Source of the DNA: an uncultured Arcobacteraceae bacterium
GTDB lineage: Bacteria; Campylobacterota; Campylobacteria; Campylobacterales; Arcobacteraceae
Reading direction: 5' to 3'
Length of the DNA stretch: 57,456 bases
Assembly: GCA_964022095.1 (NCBI GenBank)
Contig: CAXHZO010000014.1
Location: 1 to 57,456, forward strand
Below the pieces are notes generated by a model. The model saw only the letters and a program-made list of their open reading frames with translations, did not search any database and had not been told where the DNA came from. Shown here piece after piece: positions 18,949 through 28,355 of the stretch. The position numbers were made by a program, and so were the translations under genes. Each line of letters starts with the position of its first letter. The first letter of the stretch is position 1.

Positions 18949-20312
18949 TGGCTGGTATTGGATTTGAATTACAAAGAGTTTTAGATAGTGAGAAAAGCCA
19001 ATTTAAGAAGTTAAATACTGCACTAAAAAGTATGATAGTAACTTCTGGACCTTGGTTAATTTCTATTATTACTTTAATTCTTTTAAAACTATTTATAAGT
19101 GAAATTACAACAGTAGACATGTTTATGAGTTTTATAAATATTATAATTTACTCTTTTATTTTTTCTATGGTTTTAACTTCTCCATTTATTAATGTTATAA
19201 CCAGATATTTATCTGATTTAATTTATATGAAAGAGTTTAATAAAATATTCCCCCTATTTTTAAGCTCAACAGTTTTTATCACAATATTATGTTTTGCATT
19301 TTCTAGTTTTTATATATATTATTTTACAGATTTACAAGAGAATATGTTAGCAGTGTCTGCACTATTTACTTCTCTTGGTTTACTATGGCTTATTATGGTT
19401 TTTGTAAGTACATTAAGAAATTACAGTTTAGTTAGTAACTCATTTTTAATTGGTATGACAATTTCTATTATTACAATTTATTTTTTTAAAAATGAATCTT
19501 TAGATGCACTACTTAAAGGTTTTAGTATTGGGGTTTTAATTACAATTTCAATATTGATTGCTAAATTAAAATTTGATTTTGAGAGTGAAAAAATATTTGA
19601 TTTTAAGTTCCTATTTTTAAAAAAATACATTCCTTTATTTCTTAGTGGATTTACTTTCTATTTTGCTATTTGGGTAGATAAATTTATTTATTGGTTCGCA
19701 TCTGATCATGGTGTAGAACTAACAAAAGGTTTTTTCTTTTTTCCTGAATATGACTTTGCAATATTTTTAGCTTATTTAATCGTAATTCCTACAACTGCTT
19801 ATTTTACAATTTTTGTTGAAACAACATTCCATGATGCACAAAGAAACTATTTTGGAAGTATTGAAAATAAAAAAAGACTTGATGTTATAAGAACATATGA
19901 AACAGAATTAAAAAAAGCTTTCTTTAAAGGTTTAATAAATACTACAATATTTCAGTTTGTTATTGCAGTATTTTTTATTATATTAGTTCAATATTTTTTA
20001 GACTCATCTTCTAATATTAGTACAATTCCTATTTTAAGAATTGTTGTTTTAGCAGTATCATTCCAAATGATATTAAATGTATTAATAATATTTATGTATT
20101 ACTTTAATTATCAAAAAGAAGTATTAATAATTAGTATAATTTACTTAATCCTAAATATAGTTTTTACACTTTACTATAAAGACTTTTCGTACATATATGT
20201 TGGATACTCATTTTTTTACTCAACATTAATTACACTATTTATAGCTTTAATTATATCACTATATAAAATTGAGAATATAAACTACTATACTTTCTCAAGA
20301 AATGAGATTTAA
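18948..20312 (+). CDS. pelG: Pel exopolysaccharide transporter PelG
   Basis: MAGIGFEL N-terminus, SGPWL, TRYLSD, WVDKFIYW, YD..IFLAYL, VET.F; about 12 TM helices. Confidence 0.95.
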   Translation: MAGIGFELQRVLDSEKSQFKKLNTALKSMIVTSGPWLISIITLILLKLFISEITTVDMFMSFINIIIYSFIFSMVLTSPFINVITRYLSDLIYMKEFNKIFPLFLSSTVFITILCFAFSSFYIYYFTDLQENMLAVSALFTSLGLLWLIMVFVSTLRNYSLVSNSFLIGMTISIITIYFFKNESLDALLKGFSIGVLITISILIAKLKFDFESEKIFDFKFLFLKKYIPLFLSGFTFYFAIWVDKFIYWFASDHGVELTKGFFFFPEYDFAIFLAYLIVIPTTAYFTIFVETTFHDAQRNYFGSIENKKRLDVIRTYETELKKAFFKGLINTTIFQFVIAVFFIILVQYFLDSSSNISTIPILRIVVLAVSFQMILNVLIIFMYYFNYQKEVLIISIIYLILNIVFTLYYKDFSYIYVGYSFFYSTLITLFIALIISLYKIENINYYTFSRNEI

Positions 20313-21066
20313 TATGCTTAAATTTTTATTTTTAATTAGTTTATTTATGAGTTTTTTAATTGCAAATCAAAATTATAAACTATTAATTCCTCTTTATTCT
20401 CACCCCTCACAATGGAAGAGTTTTGAAACTCAATTTAAGTTACTTAAAGATAAGAATATTCAAACATACATGATTATAAATCCAAATAATGGGCCAGGTC
20501 AAAAAGTAGATCAAAGTTATATTGATGGTATTAAATATTTAAAAAGTTTTGATTTTAAAATCATTGGTTATGTTCATACTCAATATTCAAAAAGAAATCT
20601 TTTTGATGTAAAATTAGATATTTACAACTGGTCTGATTTTTATGGTTCAAATAGAATAGATGGAATTTTTTTTGATGAAACAGATACAAAGAAATCTAGT
20701 TTTAATTATTACAAGAGTTTAACTAACTACTCTAAAGTTCAAGATTTTAATTTTAATATCTTAAATGCAGGATATACAACAGATAAAATATATATTGATA
20801 ATAAAATAGCAAATATTATAATTACATTTGAAAACTCTTATGAGGGCTTTTTAAAGGATTTTCCAAAAAATACAAACAAGTCTAATGATTTTACAAAATT
20901 ATCTATACTAGTACATTCAGTAAAAAACAAAAAATTTTATGATCTTTTATTAAAAACACAATACTTAAATTTTGATTTTATCTATTTTACAGAAGATACA
21001 TTCCCAAATCCGTGGGATGAACTATCATTAGAGTTTATAAAAACACTTCATAAAAATTCAAATTAA
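20302..21066 (+). CDS. Spherulation-specific family 4 (GH135, Sph3-like) secreted hydrolase
   Basis: Signal peptide; LIPLYSHP, IINPNNGPG, IGYVHTQY, IDGIFFDE, ITFE, PWDEL; overlaps the pelG stop. Confidence 0.88.
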   Translation: MRFNMLKFLFLISLFMSFLIANQNYKLLIPLYSHPSQWKSFETQFKLLKDKNIQTYMIINPNNGPGQKVDQSYIDGIKYLKSFDFKIIGYVHTQYSKRNLFDVKLDIYNWSDFYGSNRIDGIFFDETDTKKSSFNYYKSLTNYSKVQDFNFNILNAGYTTDKIYIDNKIANIIITFENSYEGFLKDFPKNTNKSNDFTKLSILVHSVKNKKFYDLLLKTQYLNFDFIYFTEDTFPNPWDELSLEFIKTLHKNSN

Positions 21067-21341
21067 GAAGCTATAGAGAATACCCCTACTTTTTTAAGTC
21101 TAACTGCTTCTTTTATTTTATCATTTGTAAAATCAATTTTAAATTGTTTAACTTCATCTTTTGAAATTGAATAAAAAATGCCAATAGGATAAATTCTTGT
21201 ATCAACATCTTCCCAATTAATATTGTCATTTAAAAAATATACCCCAACATCATCTAATGTTAAATTATACGCTTGTAAAGTTTTAGAAAGTGATTGTGAA
21301 GAGTTATAAGCCTCTAATTTTATTTGTTCAACAGTTTTCAC
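21063..21341 (-). CDS. Hypothetical protein, ~92 aa
   Basis: ORF track 21063..21356; the likely start is GTG at 21341, overlapping the TGA of the upstream 37-aa ORF (GTGA). Confidence 0.55.
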   Translation of the reverse strand: MKTVEQIKLEAYNSSQSLSKTLQAYNLTLDDVGVYFLNDNINWEDVDTRIYPIGIFYSISKDEVKQFKIDFTNDKIKEAVRLKKVGVFSIAS

Positions 21342-21451
21342 ACTACATATTCCCATCTTTGATATGTTTTAGCAATTATTTCTATGTCATCAATTCTCAT
21401 TGCATTTATGATTTTAAATCTGCCACTTCTTAAAAAAGCTTTTATTTTCAT
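21338..21451 (-). CDS. Small hypothetical protein, 37 aa (not in ORF track)
   Basis: MKIKAFLRSGRFKIINAMRIDDIEIIAKTYQRWEYVV*; AGGAG RBS and a TATAAT (21480-21485, minus strand) upstream; stop coupled to the next GTG. Confidence 0.6.
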   Translation of the reverse strand: MKIKAFLRSGRFKIINAMRIDDIEIIAKTYQRWEYVV

Positions 21452-21583
21452 TTCATATCTCCTGTTTTTTGTGAGGTACATTATACACAAATGAATATTA
21501 TTTAAACCTTAATAGTATATGCTTTTATATATTTTTTATTTTTATATGATATACTTATGCATATTTTATCTTTTAGGAGAAAA

Positions 21584-21808
21584 ATGGATAGAGAAACTTT
21601 TAAATCAATGCTTAAACAAGCAGGATTCAATAAAAGAACCTTCTCTGAGTACTTGGGTGTTAAATATCAAAGTGTTAACTCCTGGGGAAATAACGGAAGA
21701 GGAGTTCCTTATTGGGTAGAGTCATGGCTACATTTGTATATTGAAAATAAAAAATGTAAACAAATTAAAAATGTTCTAAAAGATAGTGGAGTCTGTAATT
21801 ATGGCTAA
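21584..21808 (+). CDS. Small XRE/Cro-like HTH protein
   Basis: MDRETFKSMLKQAGFNKRTFSEYLGVKYQSVNSWG...VPYWV HTH pattern; AGGAG RBS before ATG 21584. Confidence 0.75.
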   Translation: MDRETFKSMLKQAGFNKRTFSEYLGVKYQSVNSWGNNGRGVPYWVESWLHLYIENKKCKQIKNVLKDSGVCNYG

Positions 21809-22229
21809 ATGGGAACCAAAAACACCATTTCTTGCAAGTGATGGAATTATCAAACTCTATGATGAAAATAAAAACTTTCTAGGAGTAGTTTTTATAGAAA
21901 GGTTAAATGAACCTTTTGGAATAGCTCTTCCTGGTGGTTTTGTTGATAGAGGTGAAAAAGTTGAAGATGCTTTAATTAGAGAGATGAAAGAAGAAGTAAC
22001 TTTAGATGTAAACATTGAAAGTTTACTTGGAGTATATTCAGATCCTGCTAGAGATAAAAGACTTCATTGTGCTTCTTGTGTTTATATATGTAATGCAATA
22101 GGCACACCAAAAGCAGCTGATGATGCAAAAAAAGTTTTTATTTATAAAAAAAATGAGATTCCATTGGAAAAACTTGTATTTGATCACAGAAAAATTATAG
22201 AGGATTTTCTTAGACTTGAAGAAATATAA
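21801..22229 (+). CDS. NUDIX hydrolase
   Basis: LPGGFVDRGEKVEDALIREMKEEV Nudix box; YSDPARD.R, ADDA, FDH. Confidence 0.93.
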   Translation: MAKWEPKTPFLASDGIIKLYDENKNFLGVVFIERLNEPFGIALPGGFVDRGEKVEDALIREMKEEVTLDVNIESLLGVYSDPARDKRLHCASCVYICNAIGTPKAADDAKKVFIYKKNEIPLEKLVFDHRKIIEDFLRLEEI

Positions 22230-22288
22230 AAGAGGTATTTAAGTCTAAAATCCCTAAAATATTAAATTTTTAAAGAAGGAAGCCAAAA

Positions 22289-22588
22289 GTGGAACCACAA
22301 TACGAAAAGATTATTGTACTTATTATTGTTTTAGTTGCTGCATTTCTGACATGGAAAATGGTAAAAGATTTTTATGCAACAAAAATACATAAAGTTTTTG
22401 CACATTTAATTGCTGTAATTACTTCATCATTTATGTTACTATCTTCTATGTTCTTATTCATGCCCAAAGATTATCAAAGAGGCGCAAGTGCCGATGTTGA
22501 ATTAAGTTTAATGGGTGTTGTAACTGTTATAGTTATGCTAGCAGTTTTATATGTATTTTTTAAATATATACCTAATAAAGACAACTAA
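22289..22588 (+). CDS. Hypothetical membrane protein (3 TM)
   Basis: Three hydrophobic segments; AAGGA RBS before the GTG start. Confidence 0.7.
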   Translation: MEPQYEKIIVLIIVLVAAFLTWKMVKDFYATKIHKVFAHLIAVITSSFMLLSSMFLFMPKDYQRGASADVELSLMGVVTVIVMLAVLYVFFKYIPNKDN

Positions 22589-22618
22589 TCATAACAAAAA
22601 TAAATTTTAGGATAGAAA

Positions 22619-23851
22619 ATGCAAGCTTTTTTAGAAGAGGCAAAAAAAACAAGCCGAACTATCGCAAACCTTAGCACTGCTGTTAAAAACGATGTTTTAA
22701 ATCAAATGGCAGATGCTTTATTAGATCATTGTGATTTTATTATTTCAAAAAACAATCAAGATATGTTTGAAGCAAAGAAAAACAATCTTGATGAAGCACT
22801 ATTAGATAGACTTTTATTAACTGGTGACAGAGTGAAAGCTATGAGTGATGCTATTAGACAAATTGCATCTCAAAAAGAACCTGTAGGTAGATTACTTGAA
22901 GGTTGGGTAACACAAGATGGTTTAAATATCCAAAAAGTATCAATACCAATTGGTGTTATTGGAATCATTTATGAAAGTAGACCAAATGTTACAAGTGACA
23001 CTGCTGCACTTTGCTTTAAAAGTGGAAATGTATGTGTGCTAAAAGGTGGTAAAGAAGCAGAACACTCAAACAAAGCTATTGCTTTAGTTTTAAAAGAGGT
23101 TTTAGCAAAAAACAAACTACCAGAACAAGCAATCTCATTACTTCCTGATTCTTCAAGAGAAGGTGTTGCAAAACTTATCAAACAAGATAAATATGTTGAT
23201 TTAATTGTACCAAGAGGTGGAGAAGCATTAATTCAGTATGTTAGTGCAAACGCTACAGTTCCTGTTGTAAAACATGATAAAGGACTTTGTCATATTTATG
23301 TTGATAAAGATGCAGCACCTACAAAAGTAATTGATATTTTAATAAATGCAAAATGTCAAAGACCAGGGGTTTGTAATGCTATGGAAACTCTATTAATACA
23401 TCAAGATATTGCTCAATACTTATTACCAGGTATTGTAGAGGCATTTGAAGAGCAAGGAACTTTACTAAAAGGTTGTGCAGAAACTTTAAAACTAGTTCAT
23501 ATCCACCCTGCAAAAGATGAAGATTTTGATACTGAGTATTTAGCAAATGTATTAAATATAAAAGTAGTTGAAACAGTTGATGATGCGATATCTCATATTT
23601 CAACTCATGGATCAGGTCACTCTGAGTCAATTTTAAGTGAAAACTATACTACAGTAAATAAGTTCTTAGACCAAGTTGATGCAGCTTGTGTTTATGCAAA
23701 TGCAAGTACTAGATTTACTGATGGTGGAGCATTTGGACTAGGAGCTGAAGTTGGTATTTCAACAAATAAACTTCACTCAAGAGGACCTATGGGAATAAAT
23801 GACTTAACAACATTTAAATACAAAATTTATGGTCAAGGTCAAATAAGATAA
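22619..23851 (+). CDS. proA: Gamma-glutamyl phosphate reductase
   Basis: IYESRPNVT, PRGG, CNAMETLL, NASTRFTDG, EVGISTNKLHSRGPMG. Confidence 0.98.
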   Translation: MQAFLEEAKKTSRTIANLSTAVKNDVLNQMADALLDHCDFIISKNNQDMFEAKKNNLDEALLDRLLLTGDRVKAMSDAIRQIASQKEPVGRLLEGWVTQDGLNIQKVSIPIGVIGIIYESRPNVTSDTAALCFKSGNVCVLKGGKEAEHSNKAIALVLKEVLAKNKLPEQAISLLPDSSREGVAKLIKQDKYVDLIVPRGGEALIQYVSANATVPVVKHDKGLCHIYVDKDAAPTKVIDILINAKCQRPGVCNAMETLLIHQDIAQYLLPGIVEAFEEQGTLLKGCAETLKLVHIHPAKDEDFDTEYLANVLNIKVVETVDDAISHISTHGSGHSESILSENYTTVNKFLDQVDAACVYANASTRFTDGGAFGLGAEVGISTNKLHSRGPMGINDLTTFKYKIYGQGQIR

Positions 23852-23860
23852 AGGATAAAG

Positions 23861-24184
23861 ATGTCTAAAAAGATATATTGTATTGCTTCATTTAAAGCAA
23901 AAGATGGAAAAGAGCAAGAGCTATTAGAAGTTTTAAAAGCACTTGAACCAAATACAACAAGAGAAGATGGATGTATTCAATATAAAGTTACAAAACAAAT
24001 ATCACATCCAAATGCTACTGGAACTTCAATGCCAATAGTATTTAATGAAATTTGGGCATCAAAAGAGGATTTTGAACTACACTGTAACAAGCCATATATT
24101 ACAAACTTTTTTCAAACACATTGTGTAGATGAAAATGGACTTGTAGAAGATTTTAACGTTTGTGTTTATACAGATGAAGTTTAG
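23861..24184 (+). CDS. ABM-domain (putative quinol monooxygenase) protein
   Basis: TREDGCIQY, EIWASKEDFELH..PY pattern. Confidence 0.85.
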   Translation: MSKKIYCIASFKAKDGKEQELLEVLKALEPNTTREDGCIQYKVTKQISHPNATGTSMPIVFNEIWASKEDFELHCNKPYITNFFQTHCVDENGLVEDFNVCVYTDEV

Positions 24185-24207
24185 AAAAGAGTATTAACTC
24201 TTTTCTA
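24182..24207. terminator. Bidirectional hairpin between convergent genes
   Basis: TAGAAAAGAGT-ATTA-ACTCTTTTCTA, a perfect 11-bp stem whose ends are the two stop codons. Confidence 0.8.
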
Positions 24208-24831
24208 TCTTGAAGTAAATGCTAATTTTATACTAAGTAAAACCAAAACAAAACTTGTACAACTATTTAAATAAGAAAAAATCTCTTTTTTCTTAATTAT
24301 CCTTTCTTTTAATAAACTACCAATAATACCAATCAAACTAAGTATAACAAAAGCAACTATTATGAAAATAAGCCCTAAAAATATCATCTGAGTTGAAATA
24401 TTAGCACTATTGACTTGTACAAATTGAGGTAAGAAAGCTAAAAAAAATATAGAAACCTTTGGATTTAAAATATTCATTACAAATCCTTTTAAATATAATT
24501 TTTTATACTCTATTTTATTAATATTGTTTTCTAATGATATTAAGTCATTTCTATGTTTAAATATTTGATAAGCAATATAAAGTAAATACATAGCTCCTAA
24601 ATACTTCACTATATCAAAAGCGATTTGAGAGGTTTGAAATATAACTGATATTCCAAAAGCGGCTGCACTTGTATGAACTACAAGGCCCGTACATAAACCC
24701 AAAGTTGTTATTATTGCTGCTTTTTTATTTTTACTTATTCCTAATGATAATACATAAATATTATCAGGACCGGGTGCAAGTGTTAGTAAAATGACACTTA
24801 CTATAAATATTACAAGATTACTATCTTCCAT
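24205..24831 (-). CDS. LysE/RhtB family exporter
   Basis: APGPDN, KYLGAMYLLY, GFVMNILNPKVSIFFLAFLPQF. Confidence 0.93.
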   Translation of the reverse strand: MEDSNLVIFIVSVILLTLAPGPDNIYVLSLGISKNKKAAIITTLGLCTGLVVHTSAAAFGISVIFQTSQIAFDIVKYLGAMYLLYIAYQIFKHRNDLISLENNINKIEYKKLYLKGFVMNILNPKVSIFFLAFLPQFVQVNSANISTQMIFLGLIFIIVAFVILSLIGIIGSLLKERIIKKKEIFSYLNSCTSFVLVLLSIKLAFTSR

Positions 24832-24912
24832 TAATTTTTATTTCCTATAGTTTTAATTACAAATAATCTTACTATAATTATGATAAAATTAGTTTTTATT
24901 AAAAGGGAAATA

Positions 24913-25446
24913 TTGAGAGAATATAAAGCCAAAACAAAAGATATTATTACAACAACAACTTTTTATACTCCACTTGGCGAACTATTTGCAGCTGCTTCAA
25001 AAAAAGGTATTGTTATGCTTAGTTTTTTAGAAAAATATACACTTCAATCAAAAGTTGATATTCTAAAAAAAACTTTAGATTGTGAAATAATTCCTGTTGC
25101 AAAAAACGAAATATTTGATGTACTAAAAACTCAATTAGATGAGTACTTCAATAAAAAAAGAGACTCATTTGATATTCCACTACAATTAGTTGGAACTTCT
25201 TTTCAAATAGAAGTTTGGAAAGAACTAATGAAAATCCCCTATGGCCAAACTATAAGTTATAAGCAACTAGCAATAAAAATTGGAAATGAAAATGCTTCAA
25301 GAGCAGTTGCAAAAGCAAATGCACAAAATATCATCCCCATACTTATTCCTTGCCATAGAGTTATCTCTAGTAATGGAGATTTAAGTGGATACAACCAAGG
25401 AGTACATAGAAAAGAGTTTTTATTAAAGTTAGAAAAGAATGATTGA
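24913..25446 (+). CDS. ogt: Methylated-DNA--protein-cysteine methyltransferase
   Basis: GTSFQ..VW, IPYGQTISY, RAVA, IPCHRV active site. Start is TTG 24913 (behind AAGGG) or ATG 24880. Confidence 0.92.
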   Translation: MREYKAKTKDIITTTTFYTPLGELFAAASKKGIVMLSFLEKYTLQSKVDILKKTLDCEIIPVAKNEIFDVLKTQLDEYFNKKRDSFDIPLQLVGTSFQIEVWKELMKIPYGQTISYKQLAIKIGNENASRAVAKANAQNIIPILIPCHRVISSNGDLSGYNQGVHRKEFLLKLEKND

Positions 25447-26839
25447 TAAATCTATTTTTAGGCAATACGATATTAGAGGTATTGTAAATAAGAATCTTGA
25501 TGAAAAAACATCTAAACTTATTGGATATTATTTTGGAAAATATCTACAAGAAAAATTTCAAGAAGAAATCTACATCGTAATAGGTTATGATATAAGACAT
25601 CACTCAAAAGCTTTATTTGAAGCTTTAGTATCTGGGCTTAACTTTAGTGCTTGTAAAATTATTGATGTAGGATTAGTTGCAACTGGAGTTAATTATTTTG
25701 CCTCTTTTCAAAATTTTAATATAGAAAATAAAAAAATAAAACCAACAGCATCTATTATGATAACAGGAAGTCATAACTCAAAAAAATATAATGGCTTTAA
25801 AATAACAGTAAAAAATGACCCCTACTTTGGAAATGACCTTATAGATTTATATAATTCAATTAAAGAGATACTGATTCCAACTAATATAAACTGTATAAAA
25901 TATGACATAAAAAAAGAGTATATTTCATATATGACAACACAGTTTAAACATTTAAAGAACCTAGAAACATCTTTTGTAGTTGATTGTGGTAATGGAGTTG
26001 CTAATACTGTTTTATGTGATATTTTTGATGAATTAAATTTTAATTATAAAGCTTTACATAAAGAACCAAACGGTGATTTTCCAAATCATCATCCAGATCC
26101 ATCAAATGAGAAAAACTTAGTAGATATAAAAAATCATTTAGTAAATAATTGCAATTTAGCATTTGCTTATGATGGGGATGCAGATAGAATTGCAGTTCTT
26201 ACTCAAAAGTACAATATAAAAGGGGACATGCTAGCCTTACTTTTTTCAAAAACTATGAAAAATCCAGTTATTATTGGAGAAGTTACTTACTCACAAAATA
26301 TTTTTGATGAAATTAATCATAGTGCAAAAACAGTAATGGACAAAACCGGATACTCCAATTTAAGATTAAAACTAAAAGAATTAAATGCAGATTTAGCAGC
26401 AGAAGTATCAGGACACATCTTTTTTAATGATAGATACTATGGATATGATGATGCCATTTATGCAACACTAAGGGTATTAGAACTTGTTTATAAAGGTATT
26501 GATTTAGATAAAGAGATTAATTTAATTCCTAATGTTTATACAAGTGAAAGTATTGAATTAAAAACAACAGAAGAATGCAAGTTTTTATTAATTGATATTT
26601 TAAAAAATAAGCTAAATGAAAAAATAAGAGGCTTTCCTATTATAAAAGATATTATACAAATTGATGGCCTTAGAATAAACTTTGAATATGGCTGGGCATT
26701 AATTAGAGCTTCAAATACAAACCCAATAATACAAACTAAATATGAAGCAACTACTTATGCTACAGCAATGACATATAAAAAAGCAATAGAGAATTTAATA
26801 AAAGAGGTAAAAGATGAAATTAATAACACTGCAAGTTAA
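25439..26839 (+). CDS. Phosphomannomutase/phosphoglucomutase (divergent)
   Basis: FRQYDIRG, TGSHN, DCGNG, FPNHHPDP, DGDADR, AEVSGH, IRASNT. Confidence 0.92.
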   Translation: MIDKSIFRQYDIRGIVNKNLDEKTSKLIGYYFGKYLQEKFQEEIYIVIGYDIRHHSKALFEALVSGLNFSACKIIDVGLVATGVNYFASFQNFNIENKKIKPTASIMITGSHNSKKYNGFKITVKNDPYFGNDLIDLYNSIKEILIPTNINCIKYDIKKEYISYMTTQFKHLKNLETSFVVDCGNGVANTVLCDIFDELNFNYKALHKEPNGDFPNHHPDPSNEKNLVDIKNHLVNNCNLAFAYDGDADRIAVLTQKYNIKGDMLALLFSKTMKNPVIIGEVTYSQNIFDEINHSAKTVMDKTGYSNLRLKLKELNADLAAEVSGHIFFNDRYYGYDDAIYATLRVLELVYKGIDLDKEINLIPNVYTSESIELKTTEECKFLLIDILKNKLNEKIRGFPIIKDIIQIDGLRINFEYGWALIRASNTNPIIQTKYEATTYATAMTYKKAIENLIKEVKDEINNTAS

Positions 26840-27536
26840 AACTAGTGAAATTTTTGAAAACAACTTAACACATCTAAAAGAATTAATACAAAAATGTGAC
26901 GAAGAATCAATTATTTTAGCTCCAGAAATTGCATTAACTGGTTTTTGCTATGACAGAATGCAAGAAGCAGCAGAATTTTCAAACTTAGCAATTAAACAAA
27001 TAAAAGATTTATCAATAAATAAGACAATAGCTCTTACATTTATTACAGAACATGAAAATAAATTTTATAATACTTTTCATCTTTTTCATAATCAAAATAT
27101 AATTCATACACAATCAAAAGCACAACTATTTCCCCTTGGTAATGAATTAGAACACTTTGCACCAGGAAATAAAGAAGATATAAAAATAATAGAGCTAAAT
27201 GGTATAAAAATTGCAACTTTAATATGCTTTGAACTGAGATTTCCAAAATTATGGGAAAGAGTAAAGGGTGCTGATATTATTTTAAATCCTTCAATGTGGG
27301 GATTAAAAAGAAAAGATCATTATGAGACAATTTCAAAATCATTAGCACTAGTGAATCAATGTTTCTTAATTGCATCTAATAGTGCAGATGAAAATATGGC
27401 AAAAGGAAGTGCAATAATCTCACCTTTTGGAAATGTAACAAAAGATGATTCAAAAGAGATTATCGAATGTGAATTTGATATTGAAGAAATTAAAAAAGTT
27501 AGAAAATACATAAATATAGGAATTGATAATGAATAA
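26814..27536 (+). CDS. Carbon-nitrogen hydrolase (nitrilase superfamily)
   Basis: E-K-C triad: APEI, QSKAQL, ICFELRFP. Confidence 0.9.
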   Translation: MKLITLQVKTSEIFENNLTHLKELIQKCDEESIILAPEIALTGFCYDRMQEAAEFSNLAIKQIKDLSINKTIALTFITEHENKFYNTFHLFHNQNIIHTQSKAQLFPLGNELEHFAPGNKEDIKIIELNGIKIATLICFELRFPKLWERVKGADIILNPSMWGLKRKDHYETISKSLALVNQCFLIASNSADENMAKGSAIISPFGNVTKDDSKEIIECEFDIEEIKKVRKYINIGIDNE

Positions 27537-27984
27537 GATTAACTCTATAATATTTGTTTGTTTAGGGAATATCTGTCGCTCACCACTTGCTGAAGGTATC
27601 GCAAAAGAGTACATAAAAGAAAAAAGTCTCAATATAGAAATACATAGTGCAGGAACAGGATCTTGGCATATAGGAGAAGCACCTTGTGATAACTCTATAA
27701 AAGTTGCTGCCCAAAACGGTATTGATATATCTAAACAAAGAGCTAAACAATTTACTTCAAATGATATAAGTAATTATGATTTAATTATTGGACTTGATGA
27801 TTCAAATGTATCTAATCTGAAAAAACTTGGAGTAAAAAATATTTTAAAGCTTGGAAGTTTTGGTTATGAAGGGGAAAATGTGCCTGATCCATATTTCTTT
27901 GATGGGTTTGAAGGATTTGATAAAGTTTTTAAGATGATTGAGGTTTGTGTTAAAAACTTAATTGATGAAAAAATAGATATTTAA
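27529..27984 (+). CDS. Low-molecular-weight protein-tyrosine phosphatase
   Basis: VCLGNICRS P-loop, SAGT, VPDPYF. Confidence 0.95.
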   Translation: MNKINSIIFVCLGNICRSPLAEGIAKEYIKEKSLNIEIHSAGTGSWHIGEAPCDNSIKVAAQNGIDISKQRAKQFTSNDISNYDLIIGLDDSNVSNLKKLGVKNILKLGSFGYEGENVPDPYFFDGFEGFDKVFKMIEVCVKNLIDEKIDI

Positions 27985-28190
27985 TCTATTTTCATCGCTT
28001 CTTGAATTTCTTCAAAGTCTATACCATTTCTTTTAGCTAACAATGCAAGCTTAGTTACTCTTGTAATGTGAGATGGAATAGTTTTGTATGTTGTAAAAGT
28101 TGTAGCTTTTACACCTATATGCTCTGCAAATTTACCCTGTGAGGTAAAACCAATCTCTTTGATTATTTTTTTAAATTCTTTTTTGTTCAA
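27981..28190 (-). CDS. Small XRE-like HTH protein
   Basis: EFKKIIKEIGFTSQGKFAEHIGVKATTF HTH-like pattern; TTG start. Confidence 0.6.
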   Translation of the reverse strand: MNKKEFKKIIKEIGFTSQGKFAEHIGVKATTFTTYKTIPSHITRVTKLALLAKRNGIDFEEIQEAMKID

Positions 28191-28289
28191 TGTCTAATTT
28201 TCTCATATAAAAATTTGACGGAATTATAGTTTTTTTTTGCTAAATTATTTATTAAATACTTGTTAAAACTAATATTTTATAGTAAAAGT

Positions 28290-28318
28290 TTGACATTTTA
28301 TTAATTATTAAGTATAAT
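28290..28318 (+). promoter_or_regulatory. Consensus sigma70 promoter TTGACA-N17-TATAAT
   Basis: TTGACA at 28290-28295, 17-nt spacer, TATAAT at 28313-28318, then GC-rich ACCGCGCG. Confidence 0.85.
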
Positions 28319-28355
28319 ACCGCGCGTTTTTTATGAAAAACTAAAGGAGAAATAA

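Noticed and set aside
21519-21719. 66-aa ORF overlapping the HTH gene
   Set aside because: It is an alternate frame starting in AT-rich promoter DNA; the HTH frame has the RBS and a recognisable fold.
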